A stretch of 25,395 bases of DNA. Source: an uncultured Gammaproteobacteria bacterium. GTDB lineage: Bacteria; Patescibacteriota; Microgenomatia; UBA10105; UBA927. Shown piece after piece: positions 8,494 to 17,688 of the stretch. The notes beneath the pieces were generated by a model that saw nothing but the letters and a program-made list of their open reading frames with translations, did not search any database and was not told the origin of the DNA. Location of the stretch: contig CAZQGM010000001.1 of the NCBI GenBank assembly GCA_964592885.1, positions 1-25,395 of the forward strand, read 5' to 3'. The position numbers and the translations under genes are program-made. The first letter of the stretch is position 1; each line of letters starts with the position of its first letter.

Positions 8494-10806
8494 TTGTTGA
8501 TGCTACAGCCGTATGATATAAACGCCAAAGCTATGCCTAGTCCCGAACAGTCAGACATTTTCGATAGAATCAGCGACCTTACCATCCGAAATCTTGGCAA
8601 GGTTCTTTCTTTTTTCGTGCACACAAAAACGCTCGCGCAGACGACAAATACTCGTTTTATTCAGTTTTTACAAACGACGCTCTCTCGTTGTATACATCAG
8701 ATCAGCAACCTTGGTAGCATATTCAGAGCTCACAAAACGAGTGAGAACACTCCATCAAACGCTTCGCTTCCCTATTATTCGTATCCGCGTCAGACTCGAA
8801 GTAGTGCTATCAAAAAAGTATCAAAGAAAAATCAGGAGCGAAAATTTCGCATCCCAGGGTTCATTTTGGGAATCGGGTTTGCACTTATTTTTGTCTTTAT
8901 CCCATATACTACCTATCGATGGCTTGTTGAGCTGCCCAATCCACAGCTTTTGACTCGTCGAGATCTTGAGACATCGACAAAAATTTTTGATCGAAATGGC
9001 GTACTTCTGTATGAAATTTATGCAGATCAAAACAGATCCCCCGTTCCGCTCAAAGAGATTCCGGATATAGTGAAACAGGCAACGATTGCAATAGAAGACA
9101 AAGAATTTTATCATCACATCGGGTTTTCCGTGACCGGGATGACGCGGTCACTTCGTGAGATACTTATAAAAAAGCAAATTCAAGGTGGATCGACCCTGAC
9201 CCAACAATTGATCAAAACAGCACTACTTTCCCGGGAACAGACGGTTATTAGAAAAATCAAAGAAGTGATTCTCGCATTCTGGTCCGAGCGACTCTATACA
9301 AAAGATCAAATACTTGAAATGTATCTCAATCAGGTACCCTATGGAGGAACATCTTGGGGTGTAGAAGCAGCGAGTCGCACATACTTTGGTAAATCCATCA
9401 AGGACGTCTCACTTGGAGAAGCAGCGCTGTTAGCAGGGCTTCCAGCAGCGCCGACTGACTATTCCCCATTTGGAACTCATCCAGAAAAGGCATTTAATCG
9501 CCAATATGAAGTGCTTAGACGCATGGTGGAAGATCGGTATATCACGAAAGAACAAGCACAAAATGCTCTTGCTGAACAAATCAAATTTGTCGAACCACGA
9601 GTATCGATCCGAGCTCCACATTTTGTCATGTATATCCGGGACATCCTCGAAAAGCAATTTGGACCCAGACTCGTCGAACGAGGAGGATTACGGGTCACCA
9701 CCTCGCTTGACGTAAATATCCAAGATACCATGCAGGAAATTCTCACCCGTAACATCGAATCCCTCGCATCGCTCAATGTCGGTAATGGGGCAGCTCTCGT
9801 AACGAATCCTAAAACTGGAGAGATCCTTGCGATGATTGGGTCACGAAATTACTTTGATAGCAGTCGTGACGGGAATGTCAACGTCACCACATCTATGCGA
9901 CAACCAGGATCATCAATCAAGGTCGTCACATATACGATGGCACTCGAAAACGGCATGAGCGCAGCTACACCAATCGATGATTCACCCATCTCATATTCCC
10001 AACCAGGAAGCCCACCGTACGTCCCGGTCAATTATGATGGGAAGTTTCATGGACAGACACCACTGAGATATGCACTTGCTAATTCATACAACATTCCGGC
10101 AGTCAAACTCATAGCAAAATACGGAGTGCCAGCTATGATCGAAAAGGCAAAGCAAATGGGTGTCGAATCATGGACTGATTCCAGCCGATATGGTTTATCT
10201 CTCACACTTGGTGGAGGAGAAGTGACCATGCTCGAAATGGCTACTGTATTTGGAACGCTTGCAAATAATGGAGTCCGTGTGACACTTGATCCTATCCTGG
10301 AAGTGAGTGATTATACGGGACGAACACTAGTCAAACATTCCATTCGATATGGGTATCAGGCTGTCAAACCAGAAGTCGCATGGATCATGGGAAATATCCT
10401 GAGTGATAATGTGGCACGTACACCCGCATTTGGTCCTTCATCAAGTCTCGTTATCCCTGGAAAAACAGTATCTGTTAAGACCGGTACAACCAATGATAAG
10501 CGAGATAATTGGACTGTTGGGTATACACCGTCCTACGTAACCACCGTATGGGTCGGCAACAACGATAATACTCCGATGAATCCATATCTTACATCGGGCG
10601 TAACCGGTGCGGCCCCGATATGGCATGACATGATGGTCGAACTTCTGAAAAATAAAGAAGACGAAGTCATTGCTAGACCAGAAACAGTTGTTTCGTTGCC
10701 ATGTTATTTCAACCGGCCAGAATTTTTTGCAAAAGGAACCGAACCTGTTGGAGGACGCTGTGTTCCCATTCCTTCTCCATCCCCATCTCCAACACCGGGA
10801 CAGTAG
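8494..10806 (+). CDS. Class A penicillin-binding protein (PBP1A family), copy 2
   Basis: EDKEFYHH, GGSTLTQQ, RKIKE, EMYLN, SSIK, SYN and KTG are all intact. Start uncertain (TTG 8494, ATG 8500 or ATG 8533). Ends in a Pro/Ser-rich tail. Confidence 0.95.
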   Translation: MLMLQPYDINAKAMPSPEQSDIFDRISDLTIRNLGKVLSFFVHTKTLAQTTNTRFIQFLQTTLSRCIHQISNLGSIFRAHKTSENTPSNASLPYYSYPRQTRSSAIKKVSKKNQERKFRIPGFILGIGFALIFVFIPYTTYRWLVELPNPQLLTRRDLETSTKIFDRNGVLLYEIYADQNRSPVPLKEIPDIVKQATIAIEDKEFYHHIGFSVTGMTRSLREILIKKQIQGGSTLTQQLIKTALLSREQTVIRKIKEVILAFWSERLYTKDQILEMYLNQVPYGGTSWGVEAASRTYFGKSIKDVSLGEAALLAGLPAAPTDYSPFGTHPEKAFNRQYEVLRRMVEDRYITKEQAQNALAEQIKFVEPRVSIRAPHFVMYIRDILEKQFGPRLVERGGLRVTTSLDVNIQDTMQEILTRNIESLASLNVGNGAALVTNPKTGEILAMIGSRNYFDSSRDGNVNVTTSMRQPGSSIKVVTYTMALENGMSAATPIDDSPISYSQPGSPPYVPVNYDGKFHGQTPLRYALANSYNIPAVKLIAKYGVPAMIEKAKQMGVESWTDSSRYGLSLTLGGGEVTMLEMATVFGTLANNGVRVTLDPILEVSDYTGRTLVKHSIRYGYQAVKPEVAWIMGNILSDNVARTPAFGPSSSLVIPGKTVSVKTGTTNDKRDNWTVGYTPSYVTTVWVGNNDNTPMNPYLTSGVTGAAPIWHDMMVELLKNKEDEVIARPETVVSLPCYFNRPEFFAKGTEPVGGRCVPIPSPSPSPTPGQ

Positions 10807-10910
10807 TCAGTGGATAGGGAGATAGGGAGAGGATAGAAGATAGACGACGGAAGACAGAAGAGAAGATAGATATTCCATACTTGTTAGCTACTGGCTAGTA
10901 GATTGCGTCC

Positions 10911-10945
10911 ATCAAAAAAAAGCCGCTTTTAGCGGCTTTTTTGAT
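10911..10945. terminator. Bidirectional intrinsic terminator between the convergent PBP and RRM genes
   Basis: ATC-A8-GCCGCT-TTT-AGCGGC-T6-GAT: GC-rich stem with U-tracts on both strands. Confidence 0.85.
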
Positions 10946-10965
10946 TATCTTCTTTAGAAATTAAA

Positions 10966-11217
10966 TTATGCCGTCTTTGGTGGACGGGCTTCGTTAACGA
11001 CGAGTGGTCGTCCATCGATTGGAGTGTTATTAAACATCTCAATCGCTTTTTTTCCCTCTTCATCCGTAGCAAATTCGACAAATCCAAATCCGCGTGACCG
11101 ACCAGTGTATTTGTCTGAGATCACTTTGGCCGATACGACTGCGCCCGCTCCGGCAAAAAACTCAGCGAGTTTCGCACTATCATATGCGTATGGGAGGTTA
11201 CCAACAAAGAGATTCAT
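10966..11217 (-). CDS. Single-RRM RNA-binding protein
   Basis: RNP2 LFVGNL and RNP1 RGFGFVEF, ending LVVNEARP. SD-like AAGGGGG upstream. Confidence 0.95.
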   Translation of the reverse strand: MNLFVGNLPYAYDSAKLAEFFAGAGAVVSAKVISDKYTGRSRGFGFVEFATDEEGKKAIEMFNNTPIDGRPLVVNEARPPKTA

Positions 11218-11467
11218 ATAAAAATCCCCCTTTCTTTTATTACCGTTGCCTTTTTTGGGATGGGTAAACAGTCAAATGTGGCTATACGTAGGAAACGTTT
11301 TAAAAAAAATCTTTTTACTATTTCCTTACAAGGTGCACATTAGGTATTTAACACCAAAAGACATGGGAAAGTGTATCATACAGGCTGATAAAAGGCTACG
11401 TTTCGTGAAATCGATAAACCAACACAATAGACTATCCATGCACGTCATATACGCATGAAATGGACCG

Positions 11468-11476
11468 TGATACTAT
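11468..11476 (+). promoter_or_regulatory. Extended -10 for uppP
   Basis: TG-a-TACTAT 9 nt before the ATG. The same 9-mer precedes the NRAMP gene. Confidence 0.55.
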
Positions 11477-11485
11477 TACAAAACT

Positions 11486-12256
11486 ATGACGTACGCACAC
11501 GCAATACTTCTGGGATGTATAGAAGGTATTACAGAATTTTTGCCGATATCATCAACCGGCCATATGATTCTCGCATCTAGGCTTTTTTCGATACCGCAAA
11601 CAGAATTTGTCAAAAGCTTTGTGATCATCGTCCAACTAGCTGCTATTCTCGCTGTTGGACTTCTATACATACAAACAGTGATCAAAAACCCGCGTATTCT
11701 CATCCCTACGCTCGCCGCATTCATCCCCACGGCGGTCGTTGGAGCGGTTTTATATAAATTTATTAAACACATCCTTCTCGGAAACGCCTGGATCACAGTC
11801 GTGAGCCTTGGGGTTGGTGGAATACTTCTTTTTATCATCGATAGGACAAGAAAGACGCACTCGGAAATATCCATGGATGCATTAACCATTCCGAAGGCAG
11901 GTATCATTGGTCTTTTCCAATCTCTCTCTGTTATCCCTGGAGTTTCCCGATCCGCTGCAACAATTGTTGGCGGTATGGGAATTGGACTCTCTAGATCTTC
12001 TGCAGTTGAATTCTCTTTTTTACTCTCCATCCCAACTATGGCCGCCGCTACACTCATGGATCTTATTCAAACCAACTTTTCGTTTACCGCATCTGAATGG
12101 TCACTTCTTGGTGTTGGAAGCGCATGTGCATTTATCTCGGCATGGATATCAGTACAGGTTTTTTTGACGTATGTCAAAAAACATGACTTCACAGTCTTTG
12201 CGATATACAGAATTATTATTGCGTGTTTATTTGCCTTTTTTGTTTTGCTGAAGTGA
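11486..12256 (+). CDS. uppP: Undecaprenyl-diphosphatase (BacA/UppP)
   Basis: EGITEFLPISSTGH and PGVSRS..TI motifs, EFSFLLSIP, multi-TM. Confidence 0.95.
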   Translation: MTYAHAILLGCIEGITEFLPISSTGHMILASRLFSIPQTEFVKSFVIIVQLAAILAVGLLYIQTVIKNPRILIPTLAAFIPTAVVGAVLYKFIKHILLGNAWITVVSLGVGGILLFIIDRTRKTHSEISMDALTIPKAGIIGLFQSLSVIPGVSRSAATIVGGMGIGLSRSSAVEFSFLLSIPTMAAATLMDLIQTNFSFTASEWSLLGVGSACAFISAWISVQVFLTYVKKHDFTVFAIYRIIIACLFAFFVLLK

Positions 12257-12285
12257 CCGTATCGATCCGAAGAAAAATGCTCGTT

Positions 12286-12645
12286 TTAATCACCACATAT
12301 TGAGCGCGTCGTGAGACCTAAGGTAATTTCTGTCATACACCCCTTCTCGCGACTATGTGACCTACAGACGCCACTTGAAAAAAATGTCATTTCGTCGATT
12401 GTTCCTTTTTTTATGCAGTATCCCGACAAGCATTGATATCCTGACCAACATGGCTGACTCGTCGGAAGCTGTTTTATATCAAGTGTGATCCGATTCGATC
12501 GAATCACATCGATAATCCACTGATCAACAACTGGTAAAAATGTCGAACGGGATAAAAGAAGAATCGAGGTAACCAGAGAAAAAACCACGATCAACATCAC
12601 AAAACCCGACACGGCATCGCTGATATCTTTCATATGCCCTACCAT
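12286..12645 (-). CDS. Hypothetical membrane-anchored Cys-rich protein
   Basis: One N-terminal hydrophobic helix followed by six Cys. Fills the gap between ahpC and uppP. Alternative start at 12633. Confidence 0.65.
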   Translation of the reverse strand: MVGHMKDISDAVSGFVMLIVVFSLVTSILLLSRSTFLPVVDQWIIDVIRSNRITLDIKQLPTSQPCWSGYQCLSGYCIKKGTIDEMTFFSSGVCRSHSREKGCMTEITLGLTTRSICGD

Positions 12646-12670
12646 GAGAGGATTGCCCCCCTCGGATTAT

Positions 12671-13234
12671 TTATAACTTTCCAACAAGATCAAGGCCTGG
12701 TTTTAATGTCTTTGCGCCTGGTTTCCAACTAGCTGGGCATACTTCTCCTTTATGTTCTCGAACGTACTTGGCAGCTTGAAGTTTTCGGAGCATTTCGGCA
12801 GCACTACGACCAATCGAGTTATCATGAATCTCGTAGGCCATGAGGATTCCTTCTGGATCAATCAAAAAACTTCCACGAAGTGCCACGCCCTCCGCATCGA
12901 TATATGTACCAAATTGCCGCGCGATAAATCCTGCCGGATCGGCAAGCATGGGATACTCGATCGTACCAATTGCTGGTGATGCATCATGCCATGCTTTGTG
13001 CACGTATACAGTGTCAGTTGAGACACTTGCGATTTCTGCTCCAAGCTCTTTAAATTCTGCGTATCGTTCCTGAGCCTCTTGTAATTCAGTTGGACAAACA
13101 AATGTAAAATCTGCAGGGTAAAACATGAGGAGCACCCATTTGTTTTTTTGGTCACTTAATTTCCACTTTGTGATGGAGTTGCGCACAAATGCATCAACCT
13201 CGAAATCTGCGATTTTTTGTCCTATGGTCACCAT
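12671..13234 (-). CDS. ahpC: 2-Cys peroxiredoxin (alkyl hydroperoxide reductase C)
   Basis: FYPADFTFVCPTE (peroxidatic Cys) and EVCPA (resolving Cys). Start at ATG 13234, preceded by TAAGGAGG. The longer ORF call (13279) would overlap the ATPase. Confidence 0.95.
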   Translation of the reverse strand: MVTIGQKIADFEVDAFVRNSITKWKLSDQKNKWVLLMFYPADFTFVCPTELQEAQERYAEFKELGAEIASVSTDTVYVHKAWHDASPAIGTIEYPMLADPAGFIARQFGTYIDAEGVALRGSFLIDPEGILMAYEIHDNSIGRSAAEMLRKLQAAKYVREHKGEVCPASWKPGAKTLKPGLDLVGKL

Positions 13235-13244
13235 ATATTCCTCC

Positions 13245-15767
13245 TTAACTTCTAGTGATATTTGTTTCGAACCGCTCAACTATTTCCGCTCCAATGTACG
13301 TACTAAGAAACGTCCATACGGGTGCAATGAGATATATCGTTGAGGGCAGGCTCATGTGAAATACCGTTTGTGATATAGGAACAGCATACAATGCGGTTAC
13401 GACCAATACAAGGACACCCACGAGGATGCGAAATTTACTATTACCCCATGCTGAGATGATTGTCCCTTGTGGTCCCCAAACGATCGTTGAGCAGATAAGC
13501 GCAATGTTTGCTGATAAAAGTGACATAAACGCTACACCGCGAACACCATCTTCTGTCACGCCAAGCTGTACAAGCATAAAATAGACGATCAAGACTGACG
13601 CAAGCGATACACCACCTTGCGCGAACCTCAAGAGAAGATCACGTCGATTAAATAGCCGCTTCCCAACTGGACGAGGTTTTCGTCTCATGATATTTCCTTC
13701 TTCTCTTTCTGCTTCAAAAACGACAGAACACGATGGATCTATAAGTAATTCTAAAAGCGCGATATGAGCAGGTAAAAGAATCATCGGCGTCCCGAATAGC
13801 GCAGGGACGATCGCCAGTCCTGCAATTGGCACATGGACAGAAAGAATGAATGATGCAGCTTTCACGATGTTGTCATATATCGTCCGACCAGTACGTATGG
13901 CATCGGTGATTGATCCGATATTATCATCCAAAAGAACAAGTGATGATGATTCTCTAGCAACGTCCGTGCCGTGTTTTCCCATCGCGATGCCTACATGACT
14001 TGCTTTTAGTGCGGGGGCATCATTGACACCGTCTCCTGTCATTCCAACGATTTCTCCATTTTGTTTGAGTGCCTCTATGAGACTGAGTTTTTGTTCTGGG
14101 AGTATGCGAGCGAATACTGATATACGGGTCACTAGTTCTTCAATCTGTTTAGGTGTTTTTCCAACTAACTGATCACCTGTGCCGATTTCTTCTGATGGAA
14201 TTCCAACATGAAGTGCCACATGTCTGGCATTTGCAGGATTATCTCCAGTGATGATGATGACGCGTATTCCTGCGTTGTGACATAGCTCTATCGATTGTTT
14301 GGCTTCTTTTCTGATGGGGTCATCAAATGCTATTAACCCCACGAACGTATAGGTGACTGGTTTTTTGACTCCTTCTCTCGTCGCATCTGCGACACCGATA
14401 ACTCGATACCCTTTTGAGGCTAAATCGACAACGGTTTCACATAGAAGTGCTTTTTGCTTTTTTGAGCCGGTGCACAAATCTATGATCGATTCTGGTGCGC
14501 CTTTTGCGACGATATATTTTTTCCTTGATCCATCGATATCATACTCAAATGCGCGGCTAAATGGGACAGATACATGTATCGCTTCTTTAAAGGTATACGT
14601 GTGTCGACGATGTATCCCTATATGATGACTTGCAACCGTAATTGCCTCATCTATGGGATCTGATGAGTGACTATCACATGCCATACGTGCGGTAGTAAGT
14701 ACATGTGATGCTGCAACTGAAGTTGAGATATCCGATGAATCAGAAATTGTCATCGAATGGATGCCATCATATATCGTAGCCACCCGCATAGCGTTTTCTG
14801 TCAGCGTCCCGGTTTTATCTACACAAAGCGCGGTGACTGATCCAAGTGTTTCAATCACTGGCATACGTCTTGTCAGAACTGATCGTTTTGATAGGCGATA
14901 TACACCAAGTGCTAAAAAAATCATGAGAACGACCGGAAGCTCTTGTGGGAGCATGGTCATAGCAAGCGCCAGCCCAGTCAAAATAGCCTCACTAATCATT
15001 CCACTTCGAAAGAACACTAACCCAGTCGCAATCACACACACAATCATCCCAAGAATTCCGGTCTGCCGGACAAGGTGTGCAATATCCCGTTCCAGGTGTG
15101 TTTTTTTTGGGTGAATAGATCTAAGTAATGCTCCAATTTTTCCAACATTTGTCTGTACGCCAATCGCGCGTACTCGACCGACTGCATATCCCCGAATGAC
15201 GACTGTTGACGCAAAAAGTAACGATGTCTTTTCCCCACCCGTCATATTTGAAAGAGCAGATCCATCCCATGGAACTTTTGATACAGCAACTGATTCACCT
15301 GTCAAAATTGATTCGTTCACCATGCAGTCACGAGATTGAAGTACGACAGCGTCTGCTGGCACTCTATCCCCTTCTTCTGTGATGATAATATCCCCCACGA
15401 CTAGTTCACGAGCAGGTATGCGTTTCTTTTCCCCCTCCCGGATGACCAGCGCGCGAGGACTTGATAATTCACGAAGTGACTCGAGAGCCTTTTCTGCTCG
15501 ATACCGTTGCACAAAAGTTATCACTATGACAAATCCAACAAATGCAGAAAGAAGGATTGCTTCCGCCCTGTCGCCAATCGCCAAGTAGATACCACTACAC
15601 GCCAGAAGTAAAAAAAGCATTGGCTCAAATAGCACTTCTTTAATGATAGCTACAAGTCCATGTTTTCCGTTTTTTGGAAGTTCGTTAGGCCCTGATTCCT
15701 TATATAGGCGCGCAACTTCTTGACGTGATAGTCCACTATCTAGAGATGAGTCATCCTTGGCAGGCAT
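13245..15767 (-). CDS. Cation-transporting P-type ATPase (P2/Ca2+-ATPase-like)
   Basis: TGES (A domain), DKTGTLT (phosphorylation site), KGAPE, TGD, MTGDGVNDAPALK. TM4 reads PQELP. Confidence 0.93.
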   Translation of the reverse strand: MPAKDDSSLDSGLSRQEVARLYKESGPNELPKNGKHGLVAIIKEVLFEPMLFLLLACSGIYLAIGDRAEAILLSAFVGFVIVITFVQRYRAEKALESLRELSSPRALVIREGEKKRIPARELVVGDIIITEEGDRVPADAVVLQSRDCMVNESILTGESVAVSKVPWDGSALSNMTGGEKTSLLFASTVVIRGYAVGRVRAIGVQTNVGKIGALLRSIHPKKTHLERDIAHLVRQTGILGMIVCVIATGLVFFRSGMISEAILTGLALAMTMLPQELPVVLMIFLALGVYRLSKRSVLTRRMPVIETLGSVTALCVDKTGTLTENAMRVATIYDGIHSMTISDSSDISTSVAASHVLTTARMACDSHSSDPIDEAITVASHHIGIHRRHTYTFKEAIHVSVPFSRAFEYDIDGSRKKYIVAKGAPESIIDLCTGSKKQKALLCETVVDLASKGYRVIGVADATREGVKKPVTYTFVGLIAFDDPIRKEAKQSIELCHNAGIRVIIITGDNPANARHVALHVGIPSEEIGTGDQLVGKTPKQIEELVTRISVFARILPEQKLSLIEALKQNGEIVGMTGDGVNDAPALKASHVGIAMGKHGTDVARESSSLVLLDDNIGSITDAIRTGRTIYDNIVKAASFILSVHVPIAGLAIVPALFGTPMILLPAHIALLELLIDPSCSVVFEAEREEGNIMRRKPRPVGKRLFNRRDLLLRFAQGGVSLASVLIVYFMLVQLGVTEDGVRGVAFMSLLSANIALICSTIVWGPQGTIISAWGNSKFRILVGVLVLVVTALYAVPISQTVFHMSLPSTIYLIAPVWTFLSTYIGAEIVERFETNITRS

Positions 15768-15808
15768 AGTGTAAGTGTAGCAAGCAATCTCGTATAATCA
15801 TAGTAAGT
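15768..15808. promoter_or_regulatory. Back-to-back divergent promoters for the ATPase and patatin genes
   Basis: Minus strand: TG-c-TACACT 6 nt before ATG 15767. Plus strand: TATAAT (15793-15798) 10 nt before ATG 15809. Confidence 0.55.
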
Positions 15809-16621
15809 ATGGATTTAAAACGAAAAACAATCGGGTTAACTCTTGGAAGCGGAGGCATCAGAGGATTTGCCCATATTGGCGTCATAAAAACACTCCTCAA
15901 GCATGGTATCCCTATTGATGCTATCGTCGGGGCGAGTGTCGGTTCACTGGTTGGCGGACTCTATCTCGCATTTGAGGATATAGAAAAAGTAGAAAATTTC
16001 GCCCTCTCTATCTCTTACTGGGAACTTGCATCAATTGTCTCTGATTTTACGTGGTCAACAGGTATCATTCGAGGTGAAAAAATAGTTGATTTCTTGGAAA
16101 AACAGCTTCATGGTACGATGATCGAATCATTACACTCTCCTTTTGTAGCGGTCGCGACCGACATGAGAAGTGGAGCAACAGTACCCATTCGCACTGGTAA
16201 ACTATCAACTGCAATTATTGCCAGCTGTGCCATACCAACTATCGTCTCAGCAGTGCCATACCATGGAAAACAACTTGTTGATGGCGGCACATCAGATCCA
16301 GTCCCAGACGACATCACGCGCTCACTCGGTGTGGATATCACAATTGCTGTCAATCTCGATGCAGGATTTTTTTCTGACATTGGATCTAAAAAAAATGAGA
16401 GGCAAAATCCTTTTTCGACCGGCATCGCAACACTCGATCTTTTGCGATATCATCTCGGACTACGCACATCTGCTGGGAGCGATATCATCATCACACCAGA
16501 AATCCAAAAAACGTTTATCACTGAGATGCATGAAGGGAAAACATTTATACAAAAAGGCGTTGAGGCTACAGAACCTCTTATACCGAAAATTAAAAATCTT
16601 ATAGAAACAATGCCATCATGA
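15809..16621 (+). CDS. Patatin-like phospholipase (RssA-like)
   Basis: GSGGIRG oxyanion loop, GASVG nucleophile elbow, DGG catalytic Asp. Confidence 0.92.
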   Translation: MDLKRKTIGLTLGSGGIRGFAHIGVIKTLLKHGIPIDAIVGASVGSLVGGLYLAFEDIEKVENFALSISYWELASIVSDFTWSTGIIRGEKIVDFLEKQLHGTMIESLHSPFVAVATDMRSGATVPIRTGKLSTAIIASCAIPTIVSAVPYHGKQLVDGGTSDPVPDDITRSLGVDITIAVNLDAGFFSDIGSKKNERQNPFSTGIATLDLLRYHLGLRTSAGSDIIITPEIQKTFITEMHEGKTFIQKGVEATEPLIPKIKNLIETMPS

Positions 16622-17397
16622 AACAAACATCATGGCAACCGGTCAGCGGATGGTATGACGCAAGCCTCGGAAAATCTGGGGATTTTACTCATCGGGAGAT
16701 TGTCATCCCAAAGACGCTGAAACTACTTGGACTTGATCGTGCATCTTCTCTGCTAGATCTAGGATGTGGCCAAGGGATACTTGCCCGAGCGATTAACCCA
16801 GATATTCCATATACAGGAATTGATATCGCTCAGTCACTTGTGGGGAGTGCGGTAAAGCGAGATACCAATAAAAAACACCGATATTTTACCGCTGACATAA
16901 CGAAGCCACTTCCACTAGGCGCCAGTCTATATTCGCACATTGCCTGTATACTGACCCTTGATAACATTGAGTCCCCTGAAGCCGTCATCAAAAATGCATA
17001 TGACCACATTATCGAACATGGCATATTTTTCATCGTTATCAACCATCCTTGTTTCCGCATCCCACGACAGTCTAGTTGGGGCATAGATGAACAGAATAAA
17101 CTCCAATACCGTCGTATTAATCGATATCTTTCACCAATATCAATTCCTATCACTATGCATCCCGGAACTGGAGGTGCGTCGCCGGTTACATGGACATACC
17201 ATTTTCCAATCTCATCATATTCCCATTGGCTTCATACCTATCATTTTTCGATTCTGGAAATAGAAGAATGGATATCACCAAAAACAAGCGTGGGGTCCTC
17301 TGCATCAATGGAAAATCGCAGCCGGGCAGAGTTTCCTATGTTCTTAGCCATCAAAGCGATTAGGATGGATTGTGTAGGATCACACGGTAGCAAGTGA
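16618..17397 (+). CDS. Class I SAM-dependent methyltransferase
   Basis: Motif I LLDLGCGQG, GIDI. ATGA overlap with the patatin gene. Confidence 0.88.
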   Translation: MKQTSWQPVSGWYDASLGKSGDFTHREIVIPKTLKLLGLDRASSLLDLGCGQGILARAINPDIPYTGIDIAQSLVGSAVKRDTNKKHRYFTADITKPLPLGASLYSHIACILTLDNIESPEAVIKNAYDHIIEHGIFFIVINHPCFRIPRQSSWGIDEQNKLQYRRINRYLSPISIPITMHPGTGGASPVTWTYHFPISSYSHWLHTYHFSILEIEEWISPKTSVGSSASMENRSRAEFPMFLAIKAIRMDCVGSHGSK

Positions 17398-17499
17398 AAA
17401 CGAATGGATAAAAAAAATTCCAAGCCTTCCATCAATACGTACTTTTCTATATCCCTGACTTACCATCATTTTATCTACGATCTTAAATCCGACATCTAC

Positions 17500-17685
17500 C
17501 TAGTCTGAGCAATATGGATTTTTATGTCCGCACCATGGACACCGGGTCTCACGATCTCCAGGCGCCCCAAAGATTGTCGTCCCACATGAAGGACATGGAC
17601 GAAGCGCATCCATCAGATCCGTCCCTATTGCATCGGAGTGAATTGGTTTTGATGGCACCTGTATATGGTGAGATCCTGTATCCAT
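17500..17685 (-). CDS. Small zinc-ribbon protein (CxxC...CxxC)
   Basis: CPSC and CPWC pairs. ATG lies 3 nt after the exonuclease stop. Alternative start at 17613. Confidence 0.6.
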   Translation of the reverse strand: MDTGSHHIQVPSKPIHSDAIGTDLMDALRPCPSCGTTIFGAPGDRETRCPWCGHKNPYCSD

Positions 17686-17688
17686 ACG

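Noticed and set aside
10770-10800. CCATCTCC/CCTTCTCC quasi-repeat
   Set aside because: Simply encodes the Pro-Ser tail of PBP copy 2.
6164-10806. Both PBP ORFs being exactly 770 aa
   Set aside because: Depends on an arbitrary TTG start for copy 2, and the termini differ; coincidence.
11476-12057. 193-aa minus-strand ORF
   Set aside because: Exact antisense shadow of uppP.
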